A DNA stretch of 64,000 nt from an uncultured Prevotellaceae bacterium (GCA_946406555.1 CAMJLB010000001.1:22769-86768), one strand, 5' to 3'; shown: positions 46,229 through 58,209, numbered from the stretch's first letter. A program made the numbers and translations. Notes: generated by a model from the sequence alone, not told the origin.

Positions 46229-48304
46229 TTATTTCAATTCCAGTTCTTGCTGCAAACGCACGATTTCGTCGCGATATTGAGCGGCCTGCAGGAAGTCGAG
46301 CTGGCGTGCAGCCTCCTTCATGCGTCGAGTTGTCTCAGCAATAAGCTTCTCAACCTGCGGTCTCGTCATGCGCTCAATAATCGGATCGGCAGCAACATAA
46401 TTAGGCGTAGAAGAGGTTGCTTCAAGGGAGGACGGTTGAACGCTAATAGACGAATACTGACGGTCAGGCATTTGTTCTTTCTGCAGAGATTCAGCTGGGG
46501 TTTCTTCATTCGGTAGCATGGTCTGTCTCAGATTTTTAACGATTTGTGTTGGAGTAATACCGTGTTCCTCATTGTATTGCATTTGCTTCATGCGACGTCG
46601 GTTGGTTTCATCGATGGTCTCCTGCATAGAACGGGTTATGGTGTCAGCATACATGATTACACGCCCGTTCACATTACGGGCAGCTCTTCCTGCAGTCTGC
46701 ACCAGGCTTCTACGCGAACGGAGGAATCCTTCCTTATCAGCATCGAGAATAGCGACAAGAGAGACTTCCGGCAAATCAAGGCCTTCGCGCAGCAAGTTCA
46801 CTCCAACCAGCACATCGTACTTACCCGCACGCAAGTCTTCGAGAATCTTTACCCGGTCAAGTGTTGCCACGTCACTATGTATATAGGCTGTAGCCACTTC
46901 ATGATTCAGTAAAAACTCGCTCAGTTCTTCGGCCATGCGCTTGGTCAGTGTGGTCACCAGTACACGTTCATGCCGTTCGATACGCACACGTATCTCCTCC
47001 AGCAAATCATCAATCTGATGTTCAGAAGGGCGCACCTCAATTTCAGGATCAAGCAGCCCGGTCGGGCGGATCAGTTGCTCAACTACTACGCCTTCGGCTT
47101 CTTGCAACTCAAAGTCGGCAGGCGTGGCAGAGACATAAATCACTTGATTCACCATAGACTGAAACTCATCGAAAGTGAGTGGGCGGTTGTCGAAAGCAGC
47201 CGGCAAGCGAAAGCCATACTCGACAAGGTTTGTCTTTCGGGCGCGGTCGCCACCATACATGGCCCCTATCTGTGGCACCGATACATGGCTCTCGTCGACG
47301 ATGAGCAGAAAATCTCGAGGGAAATAGTCGAGCAGGCAATAGGGGCGTTCGCCAGGTTGCCTTCCATCAAAATAGCGCGAATAGTTCTCAATGCCAGAGC
47401 AATGGCCAAGCTCCTTGATCATCTCCATGTCGTACTCAACACGTTCCTTGATGCGTTGCGCCTTGACCGTATCGCCCATTTCATCGAAAAAAGCTATTTG
47501 CTTCACCAAATCGTCCTGTATGTCATGAATGGCCTTGGTGGTTTGCTCCTGAGTGGTCATGAAAAGATTTGCTGGATAAAGCTTATACTCAGCATATCTG
47601 CCCAATAAATGCAATTCAACGGGATCAAGTTCTTCAATAGCGTCGATTTCATCGTCCCAGAAGGTGACTCGCAGCACCATTTCGTTGTAAGCCATATAGA
47701 TATCGACGGTATCGCCCTTCACCCGGAAGTTGCCTCGTTCCAAAGCAATGTCATTTCTAATATAAAGCGACTGTACCAACTGTCTAAGCAAGGCGTTTCG
47801 GTCGAGCCTTTGTCCTTGGCGTATTTCTATGACGTTATCGCTGAGCGCATTGGGGCTTCCCATGCCGTAAATACACGAAACAGAAGATACAACAACGACA
47901 TCTTTTCTTCCTGAAAGCAAGGCAGATACCGCACTAAGTCGAAGACGGTCTATTTCATCGTTGATGGCCAAATCTTTCTCAATATACGTATCGGTGTGCG
48001 GCAGATATGCTTCTGGCTGGTAATAGTCGTAATAGCTCACATAATATTCCACCGCATTATCGGGGAAAAAGGCCCGCATTTCGGCAAAGAGCTGCGCCGC
48101 AAGCGTTTTGTTATGACTCAGAATAAGTGTGGGCCGCCCTATATTCTGAATCACGTTGGCCATCGTGAAAGTCTTGCCACTGCCTGTGACTCCAAGCAAG
48201 ACCTGTGCGCGGTCGCCACGGCGTACACCTTCGGTAAGCTGTCGTATAGCTTCTGGCTGGTCGCCCGTGGGCTGATATCGGGAAGAAAGCTTAAATTCAG
48301 ACAT
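46229..48304 (-). CDS. uvrB: Excinuclease ABC subunit B
   Basis: GVTGSGKT, YYDYYQPEAY, DESH and QTAGRAARN motifs; C-terminal UVR domain. Confidence 0.97.
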   Translation of the reverse strand: MSEFKLSSRYQPTGDQPEAIRQLTEGVRRGDRAQVLLGVTGSGKTFTMANVIQNIGRPTLILSHNKTLAAQLFAEMRAFFPDNAVEYYVSYYDYYQPEAYLPHTDTYIEKDLAINDEIDRLRLSAVSALLSGRKDVVVVSSVSCIYGMGSPNALSDNVIEIRQGQRLDRNALLRQLVQSLYIRNDIALERGNFRVKGDTVDIYMAYNEMVLRVTFWDDEIDAIEELDPVELHLLGRYAEYKLYPANLFMTTQEQTTKAIHDIQDDLVKQIAFFDEMGDTVKAQRIKERVEYDMEMIKELGHCSGIENYSRYFDGRQPGERPYCLLDYFPRDFLLIVDESHVSVPQIGAMYGGDRARKTNLVEYGFRLPAAFDNRPLTFDEFQSMVNQVIYVSATPADFELQEAEGVVVEQLIRPTGLLDPEIEVRPSEHQIDDLLEEIRVRIERHERVLVTTLTKRMAEELSEFLLNHEVATAYIHSDVATLDRVKILEDLRAGKYDVLVGVNLLREGLDLPEVSLVAILDADKEGFLRSRRSLVQTAGRAARNVNGRVIMYADTITRSMQETIDETNRRRMKQMQYNEEHGITPTQIVKNLRQTMLPNEETPAESLQKEQMPDRQYSSISVQPSSLEATSSTPNYVAADPIIERMTRPQVEKLIAETTRRMKEAARQLDFLQAAQYRDEIVRLQQELELK

Positions 48305-48333
48305 AATCGTTATAATAATTCAAAATGAGAGTG

Positions 48334-48423
48334 CAAAATTACAAAATTATTCATAATTCGCAATTTATAATTCATAATTTTATGTAAAACGCTTTGTTAT
48401 TCAGCCGAAAATGACTAATTTTG
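48334..48423. promoter_or_regulatory. Divergent -7 elements for uvrB (-) and bamD (+)
   Basis: TAATTTTG on the minus strand at 48334-48341 and on the plus strand at 48416-48423. Confidence 0.55.
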
Positions 48424-48442
48424 CACGCTAAAATAAACAAGT

Positions 48443-49270
48443 ATGAAGAAAAAACTGCTTTTGTTTGCTTCGTTGACCGCATTGCTGACTGGTTGTGCGG
48501 GCGAGTTCAACAAAGTTTTTAAGTCGACGGATTACGACTTTCGATATGAGTATGCCAAGCAATGTTTTGCCCAAGGCAAATATTCAAAGGCAGAGTCGTT
48601 GCTGATAGACCTCATTACACTCAAAAAAGGTACCGACGATGCCCAAGAAAGCCTCTATATGCTTGCCATGTCCCAATTTATGAGCAGCAACTACGATGGC
48701 GCTGCCGAGACGTTCAAGAAATATTATCAAACATATCCCAGAGGGCAGTATGCAGAGCAGGCCATGTTCTATGTAGGCCAGTCGTTATATCAAGGTGCCC
48801 CTGAACCCCGACTTGACCAGACTCCGACGATAGGCGCCATCAATGCCTATCAGCAGTTTATGGACTTCTTCCCTGACTCCGAACAACGCGAGGTAGCACA
48901 AAAACGGATGTTCGAGCTACAAGACAAGCTCGTGCAGAAAGAGTTGCTTTCAGCACAACTGTATTTCAATCTGGGAGGTTATTTTGGCAACATAAACTCC
49001 AATAACGAGAGCAACTATATCTCGAGCATCGTATGTGCGCAAAACGCCTTGAAGACATACCCTTACTCGAAATGGCGTGAAGATTTCTCTCTTCTTATTA
49101 TGAAGAGCAAATTCCAGCTGGCAGAAAACTCGAGCAATGACAAGCGCATAGACCGATACCGGGATGCCGAAGACGAGTGCTATGGTTTCATCAACGAGTT
49201 TCCTGAATCGAAAAACAAGGCGCTGGCAGAAAAATACATAGCCAAGTGTAAAAAAATGATTGGCGACTAA
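48443..49270 (+). CDS. bamD: Outer membrane protein assembly factor BamD
   Basis: Lipobox LTGC, TPR repeats, P...LDQ.PT; typical synteny with rpoZ. Confidence 0.85.
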   Translation: MKKKLLLFASLTALLTGCAGEFNKVFKSTDYDFRYEYAKQCFAQGKYSKAESLLIDLITLKKGTDDAQESLYMLAMSQFMSSNYDGAAETFKKYYQTYPRGQYAEQAMFYVGQSLYQGAPEPRLDQTPTIGAINAYQQFMDFFPDSEQREVAQKRMFELQDKLVQKELLSAQLYFNLGGYFGNINSNNESNYISSIVCAQNALKTYPYSKWREDFSLLIMKSKFQLAENSSNDKRIDRYRDAEDECYGFINEFPESKNKALAEKYIAKCKKMIGD

Positions 49271-49306
49271 CACAATGAATGTAAATCGTAATAATTAAAT
49301 AAAAGC

Positions 49307-49651
49307 ATGGATTACAAAAAGTCAAAAGCTCCGGTAAATACCGTGACCCGCAACATTATGGACCTGTGTGAAGAAACTGGCAACCTCTATGAGAGCGTAG
49401 TCATTATCTCCAAGCGTGCCAATCAAATCAGTGTGCAAATAAAGGAAGATTTGTCGAAGAAGCTGGCCGAATTTGCTTCGTATAACGACTCTTTGGAAGA
49501 GGTGTTTGAGAATCGCGAACAAATAGAAATCTCGCGCTACTACGAGAAGCTGCCGAAGCCATCGCTACTGGCTACGCAGGAGTTTATTGAAGGGAAAGTG
49601 TATTGGCGCGATCCTCAGAAAGATACCAACCAGCAGTCCGCAGAAGCATGA
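49307..49651 (+). CDS. rpoZ: RNA polymerase omega subunit
   Basis: GNLYESVVIISKRANQI and EQIEISRYYEKLPKP motifs. Confidence 0.88.
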   Translation: MDYKKSKAPVNTVTRNIMDLCEETGNLYESVVIISKRANQISVQIKEDLSKKLAEFASYNDSLEEVFENREQIEISRYYEKLPKPSLLATQEFIEGKVYWRDPQKDTNQQSAEA

Positions 49652-50094
49652 TACAACGCAAGCAAACACTATTCCTGCTATTTTCCATTGTAAGTATCGT
49701 GGTGTGCATGTCGCTGCAAGTGGCCACAATCTTTAGTGACAGTGGAGCTATGGTTGCACGCATGTACAATCTTTGGCTCAGCGATGGCCAAGGACAGCAT
49801 GCATTCACTTCTGCCCCACTTTTGGTAGTACTGCTGTTGGCAGCAGTGCTTTCGCTCGTCACCATTTTCATGTATTCTCGGCGCAAACTTCAGGCACAAA
49901 TGTGCCTTCTTTCCATACTGTTGTTGGTGCTTTGGTATGTTGTGCTTGCAGTGCTTCCACAGCGAACAGGTGGCATAATGCACCTCGAATGGCCGGCCGT
50001 TCTACCCGCCATTAGCATCATCTTGACATTTATGGCGCGGAAAGGTATACTGGCCGATGAAAAGTTAGTACGCTCGCTCGACAGAATAAGATAA
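49648..50094 (+). CDS. DUF4293-like membrane protein
   Basis: MIQRKQT start and DEKLVRSLDRIR end; four TM segments. Confidence 0.8.
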   Translation: MIQRKQTLFLLFSIVSIVVCMSLQVATIFSDSGAMVARMYNLWLSDGQGQHAFTSAPLLVVLLLAAVLSLVTIFMYSRRKLQAQMCLLSILLLVLWYVVLAVLPQRTGGIMHLEWPAVLPAISIILTFMARKGILADEKLVRSLDRIR

Positions 50095-50141
50095 TAATAA
50101 AATCGAAATTCCCATAAAGGATTGCTGAAAACGTATAGCTC

Positions 50142-50744
50142 ATGGAGATTAAGACCGCAGAATTCACCATTTCATCGCCCAAGGTATCAATGTGCCCCAA
50201 CGACACAAAGCCAGAATACGCCTTCATCGGACGTTCGAATGTAGGTAAATCAAGTCTTATTAACATGCTGGCAAGAAACAAAAAGCTGGCCAAGACATCG
50301 TCGACACCTGGCAAGACGCTACTCATCAACCATTTTATCATAAATAAGGAATGGTATTTGGTAGACCTGCCTGGCTATGGTTTTGCGAAACGTTCCAAAA
50401 GTGAATTGCAACGTCTCGACCAGATGATACGAGGCTACATCCTTGAGCGGGAACAGCTGGTATGCGTATTCGTGCTCATCGACATACGGTTGGAAGCACA
50501 AGCCATCGATCTGGAATTCATCAACTGGTTAGGCCTTTCAAGTATACCGTTTGCCATAGTCTTCACCAAAGCTGACAAACTGACAGCCGCCAAGGCCCGA
50601 CAGAGCGTGGAATCTTACAAACAGAAGCTACTCGAGACATGGGAGGAATTACCCCCATGTTTCGTGACCAGTGCCGAGCAGCGCACAGGACGCGACGACG
50701 TGCTTGGATACATTGAGCAAATAAATGCCGACCTAAAGAAGTAA
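50142..50744 (+). CDS. engB: Ribosome biogenesis GTPase YihA/YsxC
   Basis: [15 protein letters not shown] and TKAD motifs. Confidence 0.93.
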   Translation: MEIKTAEFTISSPKVSMCPNDTKPEYAFIGRSNVGKSSLINMLARNKKLAKTSSTPGKTLLINHFIINKEWYLVDLPGYGFAKRSKSELQRLDQMIRGYILEREQLVCVFVLIDIRLEAQAIDLEFINWLGLSSIPFAIVFTKADKLTAAKARQSVESYKQKLLETWEELPPCFVTSAEQRTGRDDVLGYIEQINADLKK

Positions 50745-52564
50745 TGGCCAAGGATACACCTTATTTAGACGTACAAGACCTGACAAAATCGTTTGGTGCG
50801 CTCGTACTATTCGAGCACATCAGCTTTTCTATAGCCGAAGGTCACAAAGTTGGCCTTATCGCCAAGAATGGCACAGGCAAGAGCACGCTGCTCTCCATAC
50901 TCTCCGGCAAAGAAGGCTACGACAGCGGCAATATCGTGTTTCGACGAGACATAAAAGTTGGTTTTCTTGAACAATCGCCACAATTCGATCCCGATGAAAG
51001 CGTGCTCGATGCCTGTTTCAACCATGAGAACGCGCCGGAAAAAGTGCTGCGTGCGAAACAAATACTGACCCAGCTGAAGATTCGTGACCTAAACCAGCCG
51101 ATGGGGCAGCTTAGTGGCGGGCAGCAGAAAAGAGTGGCACTTGCCAACGTGCTGATTACGGAGCCGGAACTGCTCATCCTCGACGAGCCAACCAATCATC
51201 TCGACCTGGAAATGATAGAGTGGTTGGAAGGATTCTTGAACCGAGGTCACAAAACACTGCTGATGGTCACCCACGACCGTTATTTCCTTGACAGGGTGTG
51301 CTCCGTAATCCTTGAACTCGACGATCGCACCATCTACACGTACCGTGGCAATTACTCCTACTACCTGGAGAAACGCCAGGAGCGCATCGACAACCGTCGG
51401 GCAGAAATAGCACGTGCCAACAACCTCTACCGCACAGAGCTCGAATGGATGCGCCGGATGCCACAAGCCCGTGGCCATAAGGCCAAATACAGGGAAGATG
51501 CCTTCTATGAACTGGAGCGTGTGGCAAAGGCCCGAATAGAAGAACGCCAAGTAAGACTGAAAGCCAGCAACGTTTATATAGGAAGCAAGATTTTCGAATG
51601 TCAGTATATTTCCAAGGCATTCCATTCCGACACCATCATATTAAAGGACTTCTACTACAATTTCTCGCGATTCGAGAAAATGGGTATTGTAGGAAACAAT
51701 GGAACGGGAAAGAGCACCTTTATCAAGATGCTTCTTGGCGAATTGCAACCCGACGACGGCCATATCGTAATCGGTGAAACCGTGCGTTTTGGCTATTTCT
51801 CTCAAGAAGGTTTGAAGTTCAACGAGAGTCAAAAGGTCATCGACGTAGTACGCGACATTGCCGAGTACATAGATCTTGGCTCTGGCCGCCACTTGTCGGC
51901 AAGCCAGTTCCTGCAGCATTTCCTATTCACGCCAGAACAGCAGCACAATTATGTATATAAGCTCTCGGGAGGAGAGAAGCGCAAGCTATACCTCTGCACT
52001 GTGCTGATGCGCAATCCGAACTTCCTCGTACTCGATGAACCCACCAACGACCTTGACATCGTAACGCTACAGATTCTAGAGGAATACCTGCAAGATTTTC
52101 CTGGCTGCGTGATAGTAGTGAGCCACGACCGATACTTCATGGATAAGGTTGTGGACCATCTGCTGGTGTTTCATGGGCAAGGCGTGGTGAAGGATTTCCC
52201 CGGCAACTATACGCAATACCGTGATTTCGCGTCGAGTTATGAGTCGCAAGTTTCCCAATTAAGCAATAACTCTCAGAAAAAAGCTTCTTCCGACAAAAAA
52301 GAGACAGTACCACGTAATTCGCAGCAATCGCTTAGAAATGAGCAGAAAAGGCGACTGTCGTTCAAGGAGAAGCGCGAGATGGAACAGTTGGAAAAAGACA
52401 TTGCTACCCTGGAGGCAGAAAAGAAAGAGATAGAAAACAAGCTATGTGGCGGTACTACCAGCATCGAAGAGATAACGAAAATGAGTAAGCGCCTGCCAAT
52501 ACTGAACGAAGAACTCGACGAGAAATCTATGCGCTGGCTGGAACTCTCGGAGATAGGCAACTGA
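50744..52564 (+). CDS. ABC-F family ATPase (Uup-like)
   Basis: Two ABC domains with no TM segments, and a C-terminal coiled coil ending RWLEL. Confidence 0.9.
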   Translation: MAKDTPYLDVQDLTKSFGALVLFEHISFSIAEGHKVGLIAKNGTGKSTLLSILSGKEGYDSGNIVFRRDIKVGFLEQSPQFDPDESVLDACFNHENAPEKVLRAKQILTQLKIRDLNQPMGQLSGGQQKRVALANVLITEPELLILDEPTNHLDLEMIEWLEGFLNRGHKTLLMVTHDRYFLDRVCSVILELDDRTIYTYRGNYSYYLEKRQERIDNRRAEIARANNLYRTELEWMRRMPQARGHKAKYREDAFYELERVAKARIEERQVRLKASNVYIGSKIFECQYISKAFHSDTIILKDFYYNFSRFEKMGIVGNNGTGKSTFIKMLLGELQPDDGHIVIGETVRFGYFSQEGLKFNESQKVIDVVRDIAEYIDLGSGRHLSASQFLQHFLFTPEQQHNYVYKLSGGEKRKLYLCTVLMRNPNFLVLDEPTNDLDIVTLQILEEYLQDFPGCVIVVSHDRYFMDKVVDHLLVFHGQGVVKDFPGNYTQYRDFASSYESQVSQLSNNSQKKASSDKKETVPRNSQQSLRNEQKRRLSFKEKREMEQLEKDIATLEAEKKEIENKLCGGTTSIEEITKMSKRLPILNEELDEKSMRWLELSEIGN

Positions 52565-52581
52565 TAAACAAACCAGACGAA

Positions 52582-53199
52582 ATGCTCCAGCAATACCCAT
52601 CACGCCTGCTCGAAAAAGCTGTTCAAGAGTTCAGCAAATTGCCTGGCATAGGGCGCAAGACGGCCTTACGTTTGGTTCTTCACCTATTGCGACAAGATGG
52701 TGAAGACGTAGACCATTTCGTCAGTGCCATTGCCACGATGAAGCGTGAAGTGAGATTCTGCCGTATTTGCCATAACATCAGCGATGCCGACGTTTGCCCC
52801 ATCTGCTCCGACAGCCATAGAGACTCCTCTACGGTTTGCGTAGTAGAAAATATTCAAGACGTGATGGCCATCGAGAATACACAGCAATTCCACGGTCTCT
52901 ACCATGTGCTTGGAGGCATCATTTCGCCCATGGACGGTATAGGCCCCGGCAACCTTGAGATAGACTCACTGGTGCAAAGGGTAGCCGGAGGTGGAGTAAG
53001 CGAGGTGATATTGGCGTTAAGTCCTACAATGGAAGGCGACACCACCAATTTCTACATCTTCCGCAAACTGGCCCCTTTCACCAATGTGCGGCTGACCATC
53101 ATAGCACGAGGAGTAGCCGTGGGCAATGAACTGGAATATACCGACGAGGTAACCCTGGGGCGTTCTATCCTAAACCGCACCCCTTTCGAGGGAAAATAA
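52582..53199 (+). CDS. recR: Recombination mediator RecR
   Basis: [10 protein letters not shown]4 zinc finger, and TOPRIM EGDTT motifs. Confidence 0.96.
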   Translation: MLQQYPSRLLEKAVQEFSKLPGIGRKTALRLVLHLLRQDGEDVDHFVSAIATMKREVRFCRICHNISDADVCPICSDSHRDSSTVCVVENIQDVMAIENTQQFHGLYHVLGGIISPMDGIGPGNLEIDSLVQRVAGGGVSEVILALSPTMEGDTTNFYIFRKLAPFTNVRLTIIARGVAVGNELEYTDEVTLGRSILNRTPFEGK

Positions 53200-53208
53200 A
53201 ATATTGAA

Positions 53209-53688
53209 ATGAAACAAACAAGGAATATACTGATGACGATTTTCTGGTTGGGAGTGGCAGCAACACTACTGCCAGTCTTTATCTTCGAGACCGAGCTGTA
53301 CGAACCGGGGCTGCTCGCCAGTGGCGAACCCACCCCCTCCGAAATCATCATTACCTATATGGCCGAGCTGGCAACCATAGCCCTCATCCCTGTGTCGCTC
53401 CGCCTTTTCAAGTTTCAGCACATTGCCAATGACTTACGTAGACGCCACGAAGCCGCCCTGCTCCACTGGGGAGCACTTCGCTTGATTTTACTGGAAGGAC
53501 TGATGTTGGTAAACACCCTGCTTTACTATCTCTTCATGAACACTTCATTCGCCTATCTTGCCATCATGACAGCTCTCTGTCTGCCTTTTGTCTATCCTTC
53601 TGAAGGAAAATGCCTGTATGAGGCATGTTTGACTGAAGAATATACCCAGGAGCAGACGGAATATGAGAGAGAGGAGGTGGGCCAATGA
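53209..53688 (+). CDS. Hypothetical membrane protein
   Basis: Four hydrophobic helices; operonic spacing. Confidence 0.72.
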   Translation: MKQTRNILMTIFWLGVAATLLPVFIFETELYEPGLLASGEPTPSEIIITYMAELATIALIPVSLRLFKFQHIANDLRRRHEAALLHWGALRLILLEGLMLVNTLLYYLFMNTSFAYLAIMTALCLPFVYPSEGKCLYEACLTEEYTQEQTEYEREEVGQ

Positions 53689-54875
53689 AGCTCAGTGTCA
53701 TCATCGTAAACTACAATGTGCGCTACTATCTGGAGCAATGCCTCAATAGTGTGTTCAAGGCCACCGAAGGCATCGATGCAGAGGTATTTGTGGTCGACAA
53801 CCATTCTCACGATGGTTCCGTAAACTATCTTCATAAGCGTTTCGGCGACCGCATCATGCTCATCGAGAGTAACCACAACCTTGGATTCGCCCGTGCCAAC
53901 AACATTGCCATACGCCAGTCGCAAGGCGAATATGTGCTGCTGCTCAACCCTGACACCTTTGTGGGTGAGCAGACCATCAGCACCGTGCTCGACTTCATGG
54001 ACAGACATCCGAAAGCAGGTGGAGCGGGCGTTCACATGTACAACAGCGATGGCTCCACGGCCCGAGAGTCACGGCGAGGCCTGCCCACGCCATGGGTATC
54101 GTTGCTGAAGATGATGGGATTCTCGCAAAAATACTACATGAGCCATCTGCCATGGGATGAGCCTGGTCAAATCGACGTGATGAGCGGTGCCTTTATGATG
54201 CTGCGACGATCGGCACTCGACAAAGTAGGCCTGCTCGATGAAGATTTTTTCATGTATGGCGAAGATATCGACCTGAGCTACCGCATATTGAAGGGAGGCT
54301 ACGAAAATTGGTACGTTCCTGTGCCCATCTTGCACTATAAGGGCGAGAGCACCCAAAAGTCTTCATTCCGTTACGTCCACGTGTTCTATCAGGCCATGCT
54401 TATCTTTTTCCGCAAGCACTATGGTCACCTGTCGCTGCTCGTCACGCTGCCCATCAAGACCGCCATCTATGCACGCGCGCTTATCGCCTTGATACAGATG
54501 GGTTATCGGCGCATGCGGCGCTCGTTGGGCTTCACCAGCCGCCACGAGCGAACGGTTCCTGTCTATTGTTTTGTGGGTTCCAAGCATACCCTGTCGAAAT
54601 GCCGGAAGCTGTCGCTGCGGAAGGGGCTCGACGCTCGGTTTACTACCCATTTGGACAAGATAGAAGCATGCGACGTGCTCGTATACGACGTAGACACCTA
54701 TGACTTTGCCGGCATCATTGCTCAGCAGGCTGCAATATGCCAGCAGGTCACCGCCCCCAATCCCGCTGACAATGGTACGCTTCAAGTAAAGAACGCGTAC
54801 AACACCCTTCCCCTCATTGGCACCTTTTCGTGTTATACCCACGTACTCATAACCCCCCGAGAAATCATATTATGA
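53685..54875 (+). CDS. Glycosyltransferase family 2
   Basis: LSVIIVNYN, VDN.S.DGS, LLNPDT and FFMYGEDID motifs. Confidence 0.9.
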   Translation: MKLSVIIVNYNVRYYLEQCLNSVFKATEGIDAEVFVVDNHSHDGSVNYLHKRFGDRIMLIESNHNLGFARANNIAIRQSQGEYVLLLNPDTFVGEQTISTVLDFMDRHPKAGGAGVHMYNSDGSTARESRRGLPTPWVSLLKMMGFSQKYYMSHLPWDEPGQIDVMSGAFMMLRRSALDKVGLLDEDFFMYGEDIDLSYRILKGGYENWYVPVPILHYKGESTQKSSFRYVHVFYQAMLIFFRKHYGHLSLLVTLPIKTAIYARALIALIQMGYRRMRRSLGFTSRHERTVPVYCFVGSKHTLSKCRKLSLRKGLDARFTTHLDKIEACDVLVYDVDTYDFAGIIAQQAAICQQVTAPNPADNGTLQVKNAYNTLPLIGTFSCYTHVLITPREIIL

Positions 54876-55378
54876 CCAACGACGTAAGCCTCAGGGCTAT
54901 GGAACCAGAAGACCTTGACCTGCTCTACCGCATAGAGAACGACCCACAGCTATGGGGGGTCAGCGCCTCAAACGTGCCTTATTCACGCTATACCCTCCAC
55001 GACTACATAGCTCATTCCTCAGGCAACATCTACATTGACGGCCAAGTGAGACTGATGATTGAGAACGAAGCCCACGACGTGGTTGGCATTGCCGACGTGG
55101 TGAACTTTGACGCCAAGCACCGACGGGCCGAACTCGGGCTAGTCATTGAACGACAACACCGGCATAAGGGCTATGCCCAAAAAGCCATGAGCCTCATAGC
55201 CAACTACGCGCTAAGCGTACTTCACCTGCACCAGATATATGTGATAGTATCGGCAGACAACATCGCCCCCATCAAGCTATTCCAAAAGTTGGGGTTTACT
55301 AAAGGCAACATACTGAAAGAGTGGCTCTATGATGGCAAGAACTACACCGATGCACTGATGATGCAAAAAATATTGTAA
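54872..55378 (+). CDS. GNAT acetyltransferase (RimJ/SpeG-like)
   Basis: LRAMEPEDL, HRHKGYA and N...I.LF.KLGF motifs; ATGA overlap. Confidence 0.85.
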   Translation: MTNDVSLRAMEPEDLDLLYRIENDPQLWGVSASNVPYSRYTLHDYIAHSSGNIYIDGQVRLMIENEAHDVVGIADVVNFDAKHRRAELGLVIERQHRHKGYAQKAMSLIANYALSVLHLHQIYVIVSADNIAPIKLFQKLGFTKGNILKEWLYDGKNYTDALMMQKIL

Positions 55379-55400
55379 TACAAGACGGACAGAAAAAAGT

Positions 55401-57461
55401 ATGACTATCATGAGCGAGAATACAGAAAAAAGACAGAACCCATTCTTCGTGCCCTACGACACGCCACACGACACCGTTCCATTCGACAAAATACGTCTGG
55501 AAGACTTTGAAGAGGCCTTCATGGAAGGCATTCGCCGAGACAACGAGCAGATAGAGAAAACCATCAACAACCCACAGAAGCCAACTTTCGACAATACGAT
55601 CATCGATGCCGAAGACGATACCGAAGGCTATTACGACCTGCTCGAACGTGTGTCGACGGTATTTTTCAACCTGCTTTCTGCCGAGACCAACGACGAACTC
55701 GACGCACTAGCGCAGAAGATGCAACCCATCCTGACACAGCATGCCAACGACGTAAGACTAAACGAGAAGCTGTTTGAACGGATAAAATACGTGCACCATT
55801 ACCACCGCAGGCTTACCCCAGAAGAGTGGATGCTGCTCGAAAACACCTACCAAGGCTTTGTTCGCAGCGGAGCACTGCTCGATGCGGCAGGCAAGGAACG
55901 TCTTCGCCAGCTTACCGAAGAGGCTTCCATGCTGTCGCTACAGTTTTCTCAGAACCTGCTGAAGGAGAACAAGGCCTTCACACTCCATATCAGCGATGCC
56001 GCCGAACTCGACGGTTTACCCGAAACGGCCATTGCCGCTGCTGCCGACGAAGCCCGGCAAAGAGGCAAGGAGGGCTGGATATTCACGCTCGACTATCCTT
56101 CTTATTCTCCTTTCATGACCTACAGCACGCAGCGCAGTCTGCGCGAAAAGCTCTATATGGCCCGCAACACCGTGTGTACGCACGACAACAGCGAGAACAA
56201 CCTTGAAATCTGCAAGCGTCTGGTGAATCTAAGGCGTGAGATAGCTCAGCTTCTGGGCTACCGCACTTATGCCGACTATGTGCTGAAGCGTCGCATGGCA
56301 ACCAATACCCGTGGAGTATACAAACTGCTCTACGACCTTATTGACGCCTACAAGCCTACGGCAGAAAAAGAGCTCAAGGAATTGAATAAAGAATTCAAGA
56401 CAATGCCTTGGGACACAGCATTCTACTCACATAAGCTACAACTAAAGAAATTCAAAATTGATGCAGAGATGCTGCGCCCCTACTTCCAGCTCGACAAGGT
56501 CATAGCTGGCGTGTTCGGTCTTGCAAACAAGCTTTACGGCATCACTTTTAAGGAAAACAAAGCCATACCCGTTTACCATCCTGATGTAAAAGCTTATGAA
56601 GTGTTCGATCGTGACGGTTCCTATCTGGCCGTATTCTATGCCGATTTCCATCCCCGCAAGGGAAAGCAGGGCGGTGCCTGGATGACCGAATATCAGGGAC
56701 AGTTCATCGACAAGAAAGGCGAAAACGTAAGGCCCCATGTCTCGGTCGTGATGAATCTTTCCAAGCCCACGGCCGATAAACCAGCACTGCTCACCCTGGG
56801 CGAAGTGGAGACTTTCCTCCACGAGTTTGGCCATTCTCTCCACGGCATGTTTGCCAACACTCGTTTCGAAAGCCTTAGCGGCACCAATGTCTGGTGGGAT
56901 TTTGTAGAACTGCCTTCACAGTTCATGGAGAACTACTCCGTCGAGAAAGAATTCTTGCGCACCTTTGCGTTCCACTACCAAACAGGAGAGCCCCTACCCG
57001 ACGACCTCATCGACCGCATTGTAAAGAGCCGCAACTTCATGTGTGCCACTGCCTGCCTGCGCCAGGTGAGCCTGGGACTGCTCGACATGGCCTACTATAC
57101 ACAGAAAAAAGAATTCTGCGATGACATCATGACCTTCGAGAAGAAAGCCTGGAAGAAAGCCATTCTGGGCAAGCAGCTGCCCAACACGTGCATGACCGTG
57201 CAGTTTTCTCATATCATGTCGGGGGGCTATGCCGCAGGCTACTACAGCTACAAATGGGCCGAGGTGCTCGATGCCGATGCCTTCTCGGTGTTCAAGCAAC
57301 ATGGCATCTTCGACCAGGCCACGGCACAGTCGTTCCGCGACAATATCCTCTCTCGCGGAGGAACCGAGCATCCCATGACGCTCTACAAGCGGTTCCGTGG
57401 CTGCGAGCCTACTATTGATGCGCTCTTAGCCCGCAATGGCATCAAGCGAAAGAAGAAATAG
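55401..57461 (+). CDS. dcp: M3 family peptidyl-dipeptidase Dcp / oligopeptidase A
   Basis: GGAWM, HEFGH, VELPSQ and GYAAGYYSY motifs. Confidence 0.88.
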   Translation: MTIMSENTEKRQNPFFVPYDTPHDTVPFDKIRLEDFEEAFMEGIRRDNEQIEKTINNPQKPTFDNTIIDAEDDTEGYYDLLERVSTVFFNLLSAETNDELDALAQKMQPILTQHANDVRLNEKLFERIKYVHHYHRRLTPEEWMLLENTYQGFVRSGALLDAAGKERLRQLTEEASMLSLQFSQNLLKENKAFTLHISDAAELDGLPETAIAAAADEARQRGKEGWIFTLDYPSYSPFMTYSTQRSLREKLYMARNTVCTHDNSENNLEICKRLVNLRREIAQLLGYRTYADYVLKRRMATNTRGVYKLLYDLIDAYKPTAEKELKELNKEFKTMPWDTAFYSHKLQLKKFKIDAEMLRPYFQLDKVIAGVFGLANKLYGITFKENKAIPVYHPDVKAYEVFDRDGSYLAVFYADFHPRKGKQGGAWMTEYQGQFIDKKGENVRPHVSVVMNLSKPTADKPALLTLGEVETFLHEFGHSLHGMFANTRFESLSGTNVWWDFVELPSQFMENYSVEKEFLRTFAFHYQTGEPLPDDLIDRIVKSRNFMCATACLRQVSLGLLDMAYYTQKKEFCDDIMTFEKKAWKKAILGKQLPNTCMTVQFSHIMSGGYAAGYYSYKWAEVLDADAFSVFKQHGIFDQATAQSFRDNILSRGGTEHPMTLYKRFRGCEPTIDALLARNGIKRKKK

Positions 57462-57476
57462 GCCATTGCCTTTTTT

Positions 57477-57492
57477 CGGCATGTTTTTTGCT
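57477..57492 (+). promoter_or_regulatory. sigma54-type -24/-12 motif
   Basis: CGGCATG-TTTT-TTGCT, with exact GG-N10-GC spacing. Confidence 0.5.
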
Positions 57493-57534
57493 GTTACTTC
57501 TTTAAACAAGTAAATAGAAAGGAGTCAGTGAATT

Positions 57535-58209
57535 ATGGCATTTGTAGATTATTACAAAATTCTGGGAGTCGACAAGTCGATAGCCCAAAAGGACATAAAG
57601 AAGGCCTACCTGAAACGGGCCAAGCAGTTCCATCCCGACCTGCACCCCGATGACCCGAAGGCCAAGGCGAAGTTTCAGGCCCTGAACGAAGCATATGACG
57701 TGCTGAACGATCCCGAGAAACGACGTAAGTACGACCAGTATGGCGAGCAATGGCGGGAAGCCGGCCAAGGCTTCGGCGGCGGCGGTGGTTTCAACGGCGG
57801 TGGAGGATCGCCCTTCGACGGTTTCGACTTCTCCAGCTTCAATGGCGGCGGTGGCTTTAGTTCGTTCTTCGAAAATCTTTTCGGCCATGGCGGCCAAGGC
57901 GCAGGCAGCTTTGCTGGCGGGGCAGGCGGCTTTGGAGGGTTCCGCAGTCAGCAGGCCCCGCAAGATGCCCAGGCATCAGTCAGCATCGACATGTATACGG
58001 CCTTACTGGGCGGCCCCATCATCATTGGGCTGCAAGACGGACAGAAGCTGCGGCTAAACGTGAAACCGGGAACACAGCCGGGCACCAAGGTACGGCTGAG
58101 GGGGAAAGGCCCTGGAGGCCACGACTTAATAGTAAACTATCAAGTGTCGCTGCCCACTTCGCTTAGCGACCGGCAGCGACAGTTGCTCGAAGAGATGCGA
58201 AGGGCTTGA
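57535..58209 (+). CDS. DnaJ class B / CbpA-like chaperone (short)
   Basis: J domain with HPD, a G/F-rich linker and a single C-terminal subdomain. Confidence 0.85.
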   Translation: MAFVDYYKILGVDKSIAQKDIKKAYLKRAKQFHPDLHPDDPKAKAKFQALNEAYDVLNDPEKRRKYDQYGEQWREAGQGFGGGGGFNGGGGSPFDGFDFSSFNGGGGFSSFFENLFGHGGQGAGSFAGGAGGFGGFRSQQAPQDAQASVSIDMYTALLGGPIIIGLQDGQKLRLNVKPGTQPGTKVRLRGKGPGGHDLIVNYQVSLPTSLSDRQRQLLEEMRRA